This document shows positions 29,471-38,928 of a DNA stretch of 64,000 bases, one piece after another (the first letter of the stretch is position 1; every line of letters starts with the position of its first letter). The notes beneath the pieces are model-generated. The model made no database searches and had not been told where the DNA came from. It was given only the letters and a program-made list of their open reading frames with translations. Both the position numbers and the translations under genes were made by a program. The DNA is taken from the NCBI GenBank assembly GCA_963719775.1, contig CAVRCY010000011.1, positions 6,156 to 70,155 of the forward strand, given 5' to 3'. The DNA is from an uncultured Acidimicrobiia bacterium. GTDB taxonomy: Bacteria; Actinomycetota; Acidimicrobiia; Acidimicrobiales; Ilumatobacteraceae.

Positions 29471-31584
29471 CAGCGGCCTCCCACGGGTGCGGAGTCGAGC
29501 GTCGACTGCGTCTCCGCGGGCCGGGTCGCCTGCACGCCTCGCGCCCTGTTCCAGAGTTTCTTGCCCATCTGCGCGTTGGCCAGGGCGATGCCCTCGGGGT
29601 GCACGATCGCCGTGACGATCAAGCCGATGGCGCCGACGATCGGGACGTACTGCTCGAAGCCGCCGTCGGCGTGGGTGTCGATGGTGTGGGCGATCAGTCC
29701 GCCGCTGACCAGGAGACCGCCGATGACGGCGCCGTACACGCTCGTGATGCCGCCCAAGTACACGAAGGCGAAGAGGGCCAGACCGATGAACAGGCCGTAG
29801 CTGTCCGTGCGGATGCTGCCGAGCCGGTAGCTCTGGAGCACGCCGGCGAGACCGGCGATGCCCGCGGCGATGGCGAAGCCGGTCAGCTTCGTGCGCGCCA
29901 CGTTGATGCCCGCTGCGGCGGCCGCTCGCTCGTTGGCCCGCACGGCGAGGAAGCGGCGGCCGGTGGGGCCTCGCCGGAGGCCGGCGACTGCCACCGCCAC
30001 GGCCGCCGTGACGATGACGGCAAAGACGGTGAACCGCCAATAGTCGGTGCGTGCCGTGTCCGGATCAGCAGCGCCGACGTACGCACCGAACCACTCCGGT
30101 CGCGGCACCGGATAGTCCGACTCGACGGCGGCGCCGAAGATGACGTCGTTGCGCAACAGCAGCAGACCGATCGGTGCCGACGCGGCGAGGGTCACGACCG
30201 CGAGTTGGACGCCGCGGATGCGTACCGCCGGCAGTCCGATCAGCACCCCGAGGCCAACGGCGGCGGCAACACCGAGGAGGGCGGCGAGCGGGTCGGGCAG
30301 GTTCGGGCCGGTGACGCTGAAGGCGCCGAGCTCGCTGACCTTCTCGACGTTGGCCGACAGGCGGGCGGCGGTGTACGCGGCCACGCCGGCGAGGCTGAGC
30401 TGGACCAGCGAGATCTGGCCGAGGTACCCGGTGATGACCACCCACGACAGCATGAGCAGGGCGGCGAGGATGCTGCTGGTGAGGGCCACCTCCCATCCGG
30501 TGGTGAACACCCACGAGAGCACCAAGGCGAGGACGACTGGCACCAGCGCGCCGAGGAGCACGTTCCTGGGCTCGGGCGCCCGCGGGAGGCGACGCTCGGT
30601 GACGGTGCCCCGCACGGGAAGTCCTGCTCCTTTCAGATAGAGATAGCCGCCGATCACGAGGAGGGGGATCGTCTCCCGCACGCCGGCCGGAGGCAGGACA
30701 CCAGGCCACCAGCTGCGCTGCGTCAGCTCGACCATCCCTGCCTGGAACATCCCAAGTGCCAGACCGCCGGCGACGGCGAGGGGGATCGACGTCAATCCAC
30801 CCAGCAGCGCCGCACCCAGGGCGGGGACGACGAGCACCGTGTAGCCGGTCGTGTTGAGCGAGCCGCTCCCGACGAAGAGAACGCCGACGATGCCGGCCAG
30901 CAGCGCGGCGAGCACCCAGTTGAGTCCGGCCAGCCGCTGCGGTGAATATCCCAGCAGCGACGCGCCCTTCTCGTTCTCGTCGGCCGCCCGGGTCGCCAAT
31001 CCGAAGCGACTGAACCTGAGCAGCGCCCACACGGCGACGCCCATGAGCACCGCTGAGCCTGCGAGGTACAGGTTCAGTCGCGGCATGCTTCCGTCCAGAC
31101 CAAGGAAGTTGTTGATCGGCTCCTTGGGTACGAATCCCTCCGGCGCCCGCGATCCGCTGCCGTAGTTCAAGAGGGCGACGGCTTGGAGGTAGATCGTCAG
31201 CCCGACCGCCCCGATCACCTTGCTCAGCGCCGGCGCCGCCCGCAACGGGCGGAACACGAGCAGATGGGCCAGCAGCCCGATCATCGCGGCGACGGCCAGG
31301 GCGATCGCGACGGCCACCCATTGGCTCGTACCGCCGCCCTCGTTGACGGTGATGTCGACAGGCAGATTGAGGCTCTCGGTCGGCAAGATGTCGATCCACG
31401 GCAGCGAGAAGCTCCCCTTGGTGCGCAGTTCGTCATAGACGAACGCCGCGTACATGGCGAAGGCACCCTGAGCGAAGTTGATGACGCCGGAGCCCTTGTA
31501 GGCGGTCACAATGCCGGCGCCGAGCATGGCGTACACGGCGCCTCCACCGATGCCCAGCAGCGCCGCCAGGATCAGTTCGTTCAT
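29470..31584 (-). CDS. fused LivH-LivM type ABC permease (704 aa)
   Basis: Hydrophobic throughout; the two halves resemble the two Liv permease components. Confidence 0.8.
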   Translation of the reverse strand: MNELILAALLGIGGGAVYAMLGAGIVTAYKGSGVINFAQGAFAMYAAFVYDELRTKGSFSLPWIDILPTESLNLPVDITVNEGGGTSQWVAVAIALAVAAMIGLLAHLLVFRPLRAAPALSKVIGAVGLTIYLQAVALLNYGSGSRAPEGFVPKEPINNFLGLDGSMPRLNLYLAGSAVLMGVAVWALLRFSRFGLATRAADENEKGASLLGYSPQRLAGLNWVLAALLAGIVGVLFVGSGSLNTTGYTVLVVPALGAALLGGLTSIPLAVAGGLALGMFQAGMVELTQRSWWPGVLPPAGVRETIPLLVIGGYLYLKGAGLPVRGTVTERRLPRAPEPRNVLLGALVPVVLALVLSWVFTTGWEVALTSSILAALLMLSWVVITGYLGQISLVQLSLAGVAAYTAARLSANVEKVSELGAFSVTGPNLPDPLAALLGVAAAVGLGVLIGLPAVRIRGVQLAVVTLAASAPIGLLLLRNDVIFGAAVESDYPVPRPEWFGAYVGAADPDTARTDYWRFTVFAVIVTAAVAVAVAGLRRGPTGRRFLAVRANERAAAAAGINVARTKLTGFAIAAGIAGLAGVLQSYRLGSIRTDSYGLFIGLALFAFVYLGGITSVYGAVIGGLLVSGGLIAHTIDTHADGGFEQYVPIVGAIGLIVTAIVHPEGIALANAQMGKKLWNRARGVQATRPAETQSTLDSAPVGGR

Positions 31585-31650
31585 CGTGTCCCCTTCGCCG
31601 TCGGCGACTGGGGGCGCGGCGGATGGTCGGGGCAGTTCATCGTGTCGCGC

Positions 31651-33168
31651 TCACTGCTGGCGGGGATTGGCTTCTTCGACGGCGACGAGCAGTTCTGTCG
31701 TGTCGATGTACCCGTCGGGGAGGTCCGGGTCGGGCGTGTAGCTCTCGCCGTCCCACAGGGCGTAGGACGTGCGGCGGTTGCAGATCGACTCGTACTCGGC
31801 GGTGTTGTTGGCGCACGAGATCGGCCGGTAGCCCACGACGTGGTAGTTGTCGACGGCTGCCACGGCCTCCCGGAACGCAGCGCGGTCGTCGAGATCGCCG
31901 CCCTCGGCGGCCACGTCATTGGCGACCTGGTAGGCGAACATGACGGTCGAGAACATCTGGCGCATCAGCGACGACACCGGAGTCTCCGGTCCATGAGCTT
32001 CGATCGCTGCTGCGAGCTCGGCCAGTTCGAACTGGATGAATTCGCTGTACAGCTCGGGCTGATCCACGATGTAGCCGGGTGTCTCGATGGCGACGCCTTC
32101 TGCCTCGGGCAAGCCGAGTACGGCTTCGTCGTCGCACCCGTAGGCGGTGTAGATCTGGGCGTCCACGGCCGCGCCTCTGAGCGCCTGGATGAAAGCCGCG
32201 CAGTCCGCCGCCTGGACGGGGAGGTACACGGCCGGGTTCTCGGCGCCGTCGAGGTACTCGATCGCCTGCTGCACGATGGCCGGGTAGCCGGCGACCTCGC
32301 CGGGGTTGAACTGGAAGCCCTGGAACTCGAAGTTGTCGATGGTGTCGGCGTAGTACTGGTAGAAGCGCTCCCCGGAGTCCTGCCAGCATTCGGCAGCGGT
32401 CTGCCCCGTGATGACGGCGAGGCGGTCGTGGCCCTTGATCTCGGCGGCGAGCTGCGCACTCCCGATCCAGGCGGTGGCGCAGCTTCCGACGGGTGCGAAC
32501 ACGCCCGGCTGGTCGGAGCTGGCGGCGCCGAGCGCGAGCATCTCGAGAATGGGGTACTCGGTGAACAGCGGGTACATCATCGGCGTGAAGAAGTTGACGC
32601 CGGGGATGATGACGTTGGGGTTGGCGTCGGCGACCTCGTTGGCGCAGGTCTGGGCCTCGTTCTGGTTGACGAGGTGACCGCAGTAGGCCAGCTCGACGGG
32701 CCGGCCACCCACTCCGGCCTCGATGTCGGCCCCGATCCCGCCCAACCGTTCATTGATCAACTGCACGGCCGCCTCGGCTCCCTCCCGCACGTCGGGGAAC
32801 GAGCCCGCCGGGTCGCCCTCGAGGTTGGGCATGCCGATGACGAACGGCGCCAGGCTGTCGTCGGCGGCCAGCGGCGCGTCGGCCGTCGCCCGCAGCGCCC
32901 GCTCGAACGCCGCCGCCCCCTGGCCCTCCACCGCATCGTCGGCCCCACCCGACGCGGCGGCAGCGTCGTCGGTCTCCGTCGTGGTCGCACTTGATGTCGC
33001 GGTGGAGCCTGCCGTTGTCACGTCGACCACGCTGGTGGAATCGGCGGCAGCGGTCGTGGCGCTGGCCGGGTCCGCCCCACCGCCAGCGTCGTCGTCATCG
33101 CCGCACGCCGCGGCGACGACGATCGCGCACGACAGCAACCCGAGCAGACGCGTCCGATGGCGTCCCAT
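31651..33168 (-). CDS. Liv-type periplasmic/lipoprotein substrate-binding protein, copy 1
   Basis: ATG 33168 follows GGGGG. MGRHRTRLLGLLSCAIVVAAAC is a lipobox, followed by a Thr/Ala/Asp-rich linker and a type I SBP body. Confidence 0.8.
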   Translation of the reverse strand: MGRHRTRLLGLLSCAIVVAAACGDDDDAGGGADPASATTAAADSTSVVDVTTAGSTATSSATTTETDDAAAASGGADDAVEGQGAAAFERALRATADAPLAADDSLAPFVIGMPNLEGDPAGSFPDVREGAEAAVQLINERLGGIGADIEAGVGGRPVELAYCGHLVNQNEAQTCANEVADANPNVIIPGVNFFTPMMYPLFTEYPILEMLALGAASSDQPGVFAPVGSCATAWIGSAQLAAEIKGHDRLAVITGQTAAECWQDSGERFYQYYADTIDNFEFQGFQFNPGEVAGYPAIVQQAIEYLDGAENPAVYLPVQAADCAAFIQALRGAAVDAQIYTAYGCDDEAVLGLPEAEGVAIETPGYIVDQPELYSEFIQFELAELAAAIEAHGPETPVSSLMRQMFSTVMFAYQVANDVAAEGGDLDDRAAFREAVAAVDNYHVVGYRPISCANNTAEYESICNRRTSYALWDGESYTPDPDLPDGYIDTTELLVAVEEANPRQQ

Positions 33169-33304
33169 GAACAACCCCCTACGTGATCCCTGAGCCGTCT
33201 TGGTTGCGGCTCGAGGCTGAAGACCATGACGTGTCACGGCACCCTGACATCGACCCATGGTTCTGACGCCCCGGGTGAGCCGTCGTCACCTCATTCGAAT
33301 GATT
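32611..33304. repeat. near-identical block, copy 1 (SBP 5' third plus upstream leader)
   Basis: Matches 34322-35016 at an offset of 1711-1712 nt with only a few substitutions and one 1-nt indel. The rest of the two SBP genes is only about 80 percent identical at protein level. Confidence 0.9.
33242..33304 (-). promoter_or_regulatory. Box 2 copy C
   Basis: Minus strand reads AATCATTCGAATGAGGTGACGACGGCTCACCC-N10-AACCAT-GGG-TCGATGTCAGGG, about 75-135 nt upstream of ATG 33168. Confidence 0.55.
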
Positions 33305-33361
33305 CCGCTCGATGGCGAAAGGCTCGAGCCGGAGCTGCTCAGCGCCGTCCGTCGTGAGCGC

Positions 33362-34879
33362 TCACGGCTGGCGGGGGTTGGCTTCTTCGACGGCGACGAG
33401 CAGTTCTGTCGTGTCGACGTAGCCGTCGGTAAGGGCCGGGTCGAGCGTGAAGCTTTCGCCGTCCCAAATCGCGAACGACGTCCGGCGGTTGCAGATCGAT
33501 TCGTACTCTGCGGTGTTGTCGACACAGGAGATCGGCCGGTAGCCCACGACGTGGTAGTTGTCGACGGCTGCCACGGCTGCCCGGAGCGCAGTGCGGTCGT
33601 CGAGATCGCCGCCATCGGCGGCCACGTCGTTGGCGACCTGGTAGGCGAACATGACGGCCGAGAACATCTGGCGCATCAGCGACGACACCGGAGTCTCCGG
33701 TCCGTAGGCTTCGATCGCCCGCTCACGCTCGTCCAGCTCGAACTGGATGAATTCGCTGTACAGCTCAGGCTGATCCACGATGTAGCCCGCCCACTCGATG
33801 GCGACGCCTTCTGCCTCGGGCAAGCCGAGTACGGCCTCGTCGTTGCACCCGGTCGCCGTGTAGATCTGGCCTTCGACGCCGGCGCCTCGGAGCGCTTGGA
33901 TGAAGGCCGCGCAGTCCGCCGCCTGGGCCGGCAGGTACAGAGCGGCGTTCTCGGCGCCCTCGAGGTAGTCGATCGCCTGCTGGACAACCGCCGGGTAGCC
34001 GGCAATCTCGCCGGGGTTGAACGGGAAGCCCTGAGCCTCGAAGTTGTCGATGGTGTCGGCGTAGTACTCGTAGAAGCGCTCCCCCACGTCCCGCCAGCAT
34101 TCGGCAGCGGTCTGCCCCCAGATGACGGCCAGGCGGTCGTGGCCCTTGTTCTCGGCGATGTGTCGTGCAGCCGCCGGCCACGAGGTGGCGCAACCGCCGA
34201 ATGGTGCGTACACGCCAGGCTGGTCGGCGTCGGCGACGCTGGCCGGCAGCATTTCGACGATCGGGTACTCGGCGAACAGTGGGTACATCATCGGTGTGAA
34301 GATCTCGAGCCCGGTGACGATGACGTTGGGGTTGGCGTCGGCGACCTCGTTGGCGCAGGTCTGGGCCTCGTTCTGGTTGACGAGGTGACCGCAGTAGGCC
34401 AGCTCGACGGGCCGGCCACCCACTCCGGCCTCGATGTCGGCCCCGATCCCGCCCAACCGTTCATTGATCAACTGCACGGCCGCCTCGGCTCCCTCCCGCA
34501 CGTCGGGGAACGAGCCCGCCGGGTCGCCCTCGAGGTTGGGCATGCCGATGACGAACGGCGCCAGGCTGTCGTCGGCGGCCAGCGGCGCGTCGGCCGTCGC
34601 CCGCAGCGCCCGCTCGAACGCCGCCGCCCCCTGGCCCTCCACCGCATCGTCGGCCCCACCCGACGCGGCGGCAGCGTCGTCGGTCTCCGTCGTGGTCGCA
34701 CTTGATGTCGCGGTGGAGCCTGCCGTTGTCACGTCGACCGCGCTGGTGGAATCGGCGGCCGCGGTCGTGGCGCTGGCCGGGTCCGCCCCACCGCCAACGT
34801 CGTCGTCATCGCCGCACGCCGCTGCGACGACGATCGCGCACGACAGCAACCCGAGCAGACGCGTCCGATGGCGTCCCAT
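33362..34879 (-). CDS. Liv-type substrate-binding lipoprotein, copy 2
   Basis: ATG 34879. Its N-terminal roughly 195 aa are almost identical to copy 1; the remainder has diverged. Confidence 0.8.
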   Translation of the reverse strand: MGRHRTRLLGLLSCAIVVAAACGDDDDVGGGADPASATTAAADSTSAVDVTTAGSTATSSATTTETDDAAAASGGADDAVEGQGAAAFERALRATADAPLAADDSLAPFVIGMPNLEGDPAGSFPDVREGAEAAVQLINERLGGIGADIEAGVGGRPVELAYCGHLVNQNEAQTCANEVADANPNVIVTGLEIFTPMMYPLFAEYPIVEMLPASVADADQPGVYAPFGGCATSWPAAARHIAENKGHDRLAVIWGQTAAECWRDVGERFYEYYADTIDNFEAQGFPFNPGEIAGYPAVVQQAIDYLEGAENAALYLPAQAADCAAFIQALRGAGVEGQIYTATGCNDEAVLGLPEAEGVAIEWAGYIVDQPELYSEFIQFELDERERAIEAYGPETPVSSLMRQMFSAVMFAYQVANDVAADGGDLDDRTALRAAVAAVDNYHVVGYRPISCVDNTAEYESICNRRTSFAIWDGESFTLDPALTDGYVDTTELLVAVEEANPRQP

Positions 34880-35016
34880 GAACAACCCCCTACGTGATCC
34901 CTGAGCCGTCTTGGTTGCGGCTCGAGGCTGAAGACCATGACGTGGTCACGGCACCCTGACATCGACCCATGGTTCTGACGCCCCGGGTGAGCCGTCGTCA
35001 CCTCATTCGAATGAAT
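34322..35016. repeat. near-identical block, copy 2
   Basis: See 32611-33304. Confidence 0.9.
34954..35016 (-). promoter_or_regulatory. Box 2 copy D
   Basis: Same sequence as copy C apart from the outermost upstream bases. It starts 4 nt after the stop of the 68-aa ORF. Confidence 0.55.
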
Positions 35017-35019
35017 GCG

Positions 35020-35226
35020 TCAGGCGCTCTGGCGGACCTCGAGCAGCTCGAGCCCGAGGGCATCGATCTCGGCGAGCACAGCGTGCAGGGCCGCCCGATC
35101 GGTCACCGCACCAACCAGCACCGTCTCAGCGTGACGCCGCTCGGCGCGGAAGTCCGGGAACACGACGAGGATGGTCTCGCCCAGCGTGCCTCGGATCCGG
35201 ATCTCGTATCGGAGGGCGCCGGTCAC
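35020..35226 (-). CDS. small conserved-looking hypothetical protein (68 aa)
   Basis: MTGALRYEIRIRGTLGETILVVFPDF...DRAALHAVLAEIDALGLELLEVRQSA. The beta-alpha pattern resembles small uncharacterised actinobacterial proteins; no function known to me. Confidence 0.4.
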   Translation of the reverse strand: MTGALRYEIRIRGTLGETILVVFPDFRAERRHAETVLVGAVTDRAALHAVLAEIDALGLELLEVRQSA

Positions 35227-35467
35227 CGTGCGACCTGCGCCTTCACGAGACGGTCACAGCGGCCAGCCGGCTCATGCCGCAGTCGCGGTCCGGCCGGCTG
35301 TCGATCGGCGCCAACATCGGACCGCGACGGGTCGCGGTCGATGGCGGGCGTCGGCTGGCCGTCGCCCCGAACGCACTCGACCCACCTCCATCGCATCGCC
35401 ACCTCCGTTTCGTCGAGTGTCAACGACCCGTGCGCTCGACGGTCGCCGCCAGCAGCGTGATCTGTCG

Positions 35468-38138
35468 TCACCCGGTTCGTGTGATTCGCGGCCCGAGAAG
35501 ACCGAGTTGGCGTGCTCGCTCGACCGCGCCGGCGCGGTCGTGCGTGTCCAGCTTGGTGTAGATGTGCCGCATGTGGGTCTTGACCGTGTTGGTCGACACG
35601 CTCAGCTCGGCGGCGATCGCGGGTGCGGTCAGGTTGCTGGGCAGGTACCTGAGGACGCGCAGCTCGGCGTCGCTGAGTGCTTCCATCGGCGGTGCCGGCG
35701 CGCCACGCGGCGACGGCGTCAGTCCGCCGAGCACGGCAAGAATCTCCGTCTGCAGCGTGGCGTGCGCTGTGCGGTGCCTGGGGTGGCGCTCCAGCAGTTC
35801 CTGTACCGGAGCGGTGGTGAACGGCAGGACGATCCCGTCCGGTTCCGCCAGCTCGAGCGCCCGCTCGACCGCCTGCTCCGCGCCGCGCCGATCACCGAGC
35901 TGGTCGTGGGCGACGGCGTCGAGAAGGAGCGCCTGGATGACATCCACCGGATGGAGGACCGATGCCGAGACCTGGATGGCGGGCGCCAGCACGTCGACCG
36001 CCTGCTGGGGGTTGCCCTCGGCGAGGTGGACGGCCGCCAGGACCGTGCGCAGTTCGCTCGGGCAATGCTCATCTTCGATGCCGCCGACGGCTGCACGGAC
36101 GGCATCGGTTTCGCCCATCCGCACCCGGGTCAGCAGCGAGAACGAGCGGAGCTGAGCGGTCAGCAAGTGCTCACCGACGAGTCGCGCCCGCATACGCTCC
36201 GCCTCGCGGAATGCCTCCAACGCCTGCTCGAGACGGCCCTGCCCAGCGTGCAGCAGCCCGCGCGTGTGGTGCAGCATCAACGCGGTAGCGGGTTCCGCGT
36301 CGGCACGCAGCACGCGGACCGCACGGTCGAGCCAGCGGTCGGCGCTCGGCGAAGCGACCCGTCCACACCAGCCCGCTGCCGTGGGCGACCAGCGCCTGAC
36401 CCACGGCCGGACCGGATTCCCAGCCATGCCGCTCGGCGATCTCGATCGCTTGTGCGCTGAAGTGAAGTCCGCGCGTGACGGAACACGCGGCGATTGCCAG
36501 ATGGCCGAGGCAACCGATCTCCACGTAAGGGCGGCCAATCCGGCGCGCCAACGTCAGGCCCGCTTCAAGGTCCCGGCGGGCCTCATCGAACCGGGATGAC
36601 CAGACCTCGACCGCGCCGCGAATCATCAGCGCCAGAGCTCGCAGGTCGTTGCCGACCGCGACCGGGCTCGAATCCTGCGCGTCCAAGGCGGCTTCGAGCG
36701 ACCGCGATCGTTCAAGGGCGGCGGTGAAATCGCCGCGGCGGGAGACAACGCCGAGCCTGCCCAGTCCCAGCGCCACATCGAAGCGCCGCCGCCGCTCGGC
36801 GGGCACCGTCGCCGCAAGCTGTTCGGCAAGCGTGAAGTACGTCGCTGCCTCCTCGAGCGACCCGCGTTCGATCTGCACGCCGGCGCAAACTCTGGCCAGT
36901 TCCGCATCCGTCGAGGGGGCATCGGCCGGAAACCCGGCCGTCAGGCTGCGGACGGTCGCCCCCCGACCGTCGAGGGCGAGCCTGATGTCGTTGTCGGCCA
37001 GCAGCTGGACCGCCTGCCGCCAGTCGCTCGCCGCCTGCGCGTGCTCGATCGCGTCCACGACGAGTCCCTGCTCGGCAAACCACTGGGCCGCGGCACCGTG
37101 CAGTGGTTTGACCTCGTCAGGTGCAGTTCGTCGCAGCTCGAGACGTAGCAGGTCGGCGAAGAGATGGTGGTAGCGAAACCACGAACGCCCCACGTCGAGC
37201 GACACGACGAACGCGTTGGCCTCCTCGAGCCCTTGCAGGATCCGCTCGGAACCCGAGCCGCCGGTGAGAAAGTCGGCCAGCGGACCGCTCACCCGCTCCA
37301 AGATCGAGGTGCGCAGCAGCAGCTGCCGCACCTCGTCCGGTTGCCGATCCAGCACCTCGGCCAGCAGGTACTCGGCGACGGTGCGCTCGCTCCCGGAGAA
37401 CTCGTCGACGAATCGCTGCGGCTCGGCGTGCCCTGCAAGCGAGATCGCCGCCAGCCGGAGCCCCGCCACCCAACCCTCGGTCCGCTCGTGCAGCATCGCC
37501 ACACCGTCCTCCGACAACGCGATCCCGTCGAGCTCCAGCAGCTCGCGCACCTCCTCGGGCTCGAAACGCAAGTCCGCGGCCCGAAGCTCGATGAGATCGC
37601 CGGCCAGACGCAGGCGATGCAGACCAAGTGGCCGATCGCGGCGGGTCGCCAGCACGACTCGCAACGCAGGTGGCACCCGGGCCAGCAGGAACTCGAGCTG
37701 CGAGACAGCCTCCGCCGAGATGAGCTCGTGCAGATCATCGATCACCAGCACGACCGGTTGGTCGAGCACGGCGAGGTCCGACAGAAGGCGGCTCACCACC
37801 GCGTCACCGTCGAAGCGCGGCCTGGGGCTGACTTCCTGCACGCCGCCCACGTCGCCAACCGCATCACTCAGCTCGCCGATGACCGACAGCCAGAAGCGCT
37901 GGGCATCTCGCTCGCCACGCTCGACCGAGACCCAGGCAACGCGATCGCTCAGCCCCGCGTCATCGACCCACGACCGCAGCAACGTCGTCTTGCCACTCCC
38001 CGCAGGTGCGGAGACCAGCGCCACCCCGCCCGGGCCGCCTGCGGACAGCCTGTCGAACAGCCGCCGGCGCGGTACGAGACGGTACCCCGCGGGCCGAATC
38101 GCTCGCCCTACTCGACGTGCGCCGACCGTCACGCCCAC
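35468..38138 (-). pseudogene. large ATP-binding LuxR-family regulator (LAL/MalT-like), one frame break near 36340-36350
   Basis: ORF 36171..38138 carries a P-loop (SAPAGSGKTTLL) and helical repeats. ORF 35468..36538 continues with repeats and a LuxR HTH (LSDAELRVLRYLPSNLTAPAIAAELSVSTNTVKTHMRHIYTKLD). The join is ...LVWTGRFAE / ADRWLDRAVRVL. Confidence 0.8.
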
Positions 38139-38194
38139 CGTGCTTCCATGTCAGCACTCGTGGCGCCGAAGACCGCTCCCAATTGGACGCGACA

Positions 38195-38259
38195 AATCAC
38201 TCGAACCAGGTGACGCCGGCTCACCCTCCCAGCCACCAGCCTTGTCGTCGATGAACAGG
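38195..38259 (+). promoter_or_regulatory. Box 2 copy A
   Basis: AATCACTCGAACCAGGTGACGCCGGCTCACCC-N10-CAGCCT-N5-TCGATGAACAGG, in the divergent region between the LAL gene (start 38138) and the SnoaL-like gene (38410). Confidence 0.55.
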
Positions 38260-38409
38260 TGCCCCCAGGGATCGATCCGATCGCGGCGATCAACGAGATG
38301 TTACAGGAGCATCCGGACGCAGAGCGCCGAGTGACGCTGCCGGCACGCTCCACCGTGCGGGACGTCACCGCAGGCTGGGGTACAGCGAGAAGGGACGGAG
38401 ACGATCGCG

Positions 38410-38928
38410 ATGGCGTTGACGCGAGAGACGATGACTGACGAGCAGCGCAAGTCAGTGGTCCTCGAGTTCCTCAAGGCGGGCGACGACGGTGGGACGACCT
38501 CGACCGGCGGCGGAATTCTCGATCTGTTCGCAGATGACGCCGAGTTCTACGTCCCGAAATGGGGTCTTGCCCACGGGAAGGACGAGATTGGTCGTTGTTT
38601 CGGCGACGTCGGATCGACGATTGTTTCGATCCGCCACGACTACGCCAGTCTCAACTGGGTCTTCTCCGGTTCGGACATGGTCGTCGTGGAGGGAACCAGC
38701 CACGGAGAGCACCGCGACGGTCCGTGGAGGGCTGGAGTTCCGGAATGGGCGGCAGGCCGGTGGTGCGACGTGTTCGAAATCCGCGACTGGAAGATCCAGC
38801 GCTGCTTTGTCTACCTCGATCCCGACTACGCGGCGAAGGACACCGGTCGGTACCCCTGGTTGGCATCAAGCGATCGGGCCCGAGAACTCGCCGGGGGACC
38901 CGAATCGAGGAACGAGGAACCGGCATGA
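38410..38928 (+). CDS. SnoaL/NTF2-like protein
   Basis: 172 aa; ...WCDVFEIRDWKIQRCFVYLDPDY is a typical NTF2-like C-terminal strand pattern. Confidence 0.55.
   Translation: MALTRETMTDEQRKSVVLEFLKAGDDGGTTSTGGGILDLFADDAEFYVPKWGLAHGKDEIGRCFGDVGSTIVSIRHDYASLNWVFSGSDMVVVEGTSHGEHRDGPWRAGVPEWAAGRWCDVFEIRDWKIQRCFVYLDPDYAAKDTGRYPWLASSDRARELAGGPESRNEEPA

Noticed and set aside
31183-34705. 603-aa and 482-aa plus-strand ORFs (31183..32994, 33257..34705)
   Set aside because: They are antisense shadows of the two binding-protein genes. Their near-identical C-termini only reflect the duplicated DNA block, and they have no domain signatures.
38195-38259. Box 2 as a known riboswitch class
   Set aside because: I found no match to the conserved cores I know (TPP, SAM, cobalamin, glycine, ZTP, guanidine I-III, c-di-GMP/AMP, preQ1, fluoride, Mn). 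The TCATTCGAATGA hairpin is not conserved in copies A and B. The question is left open as an unknown element rather than a riboswitch call.
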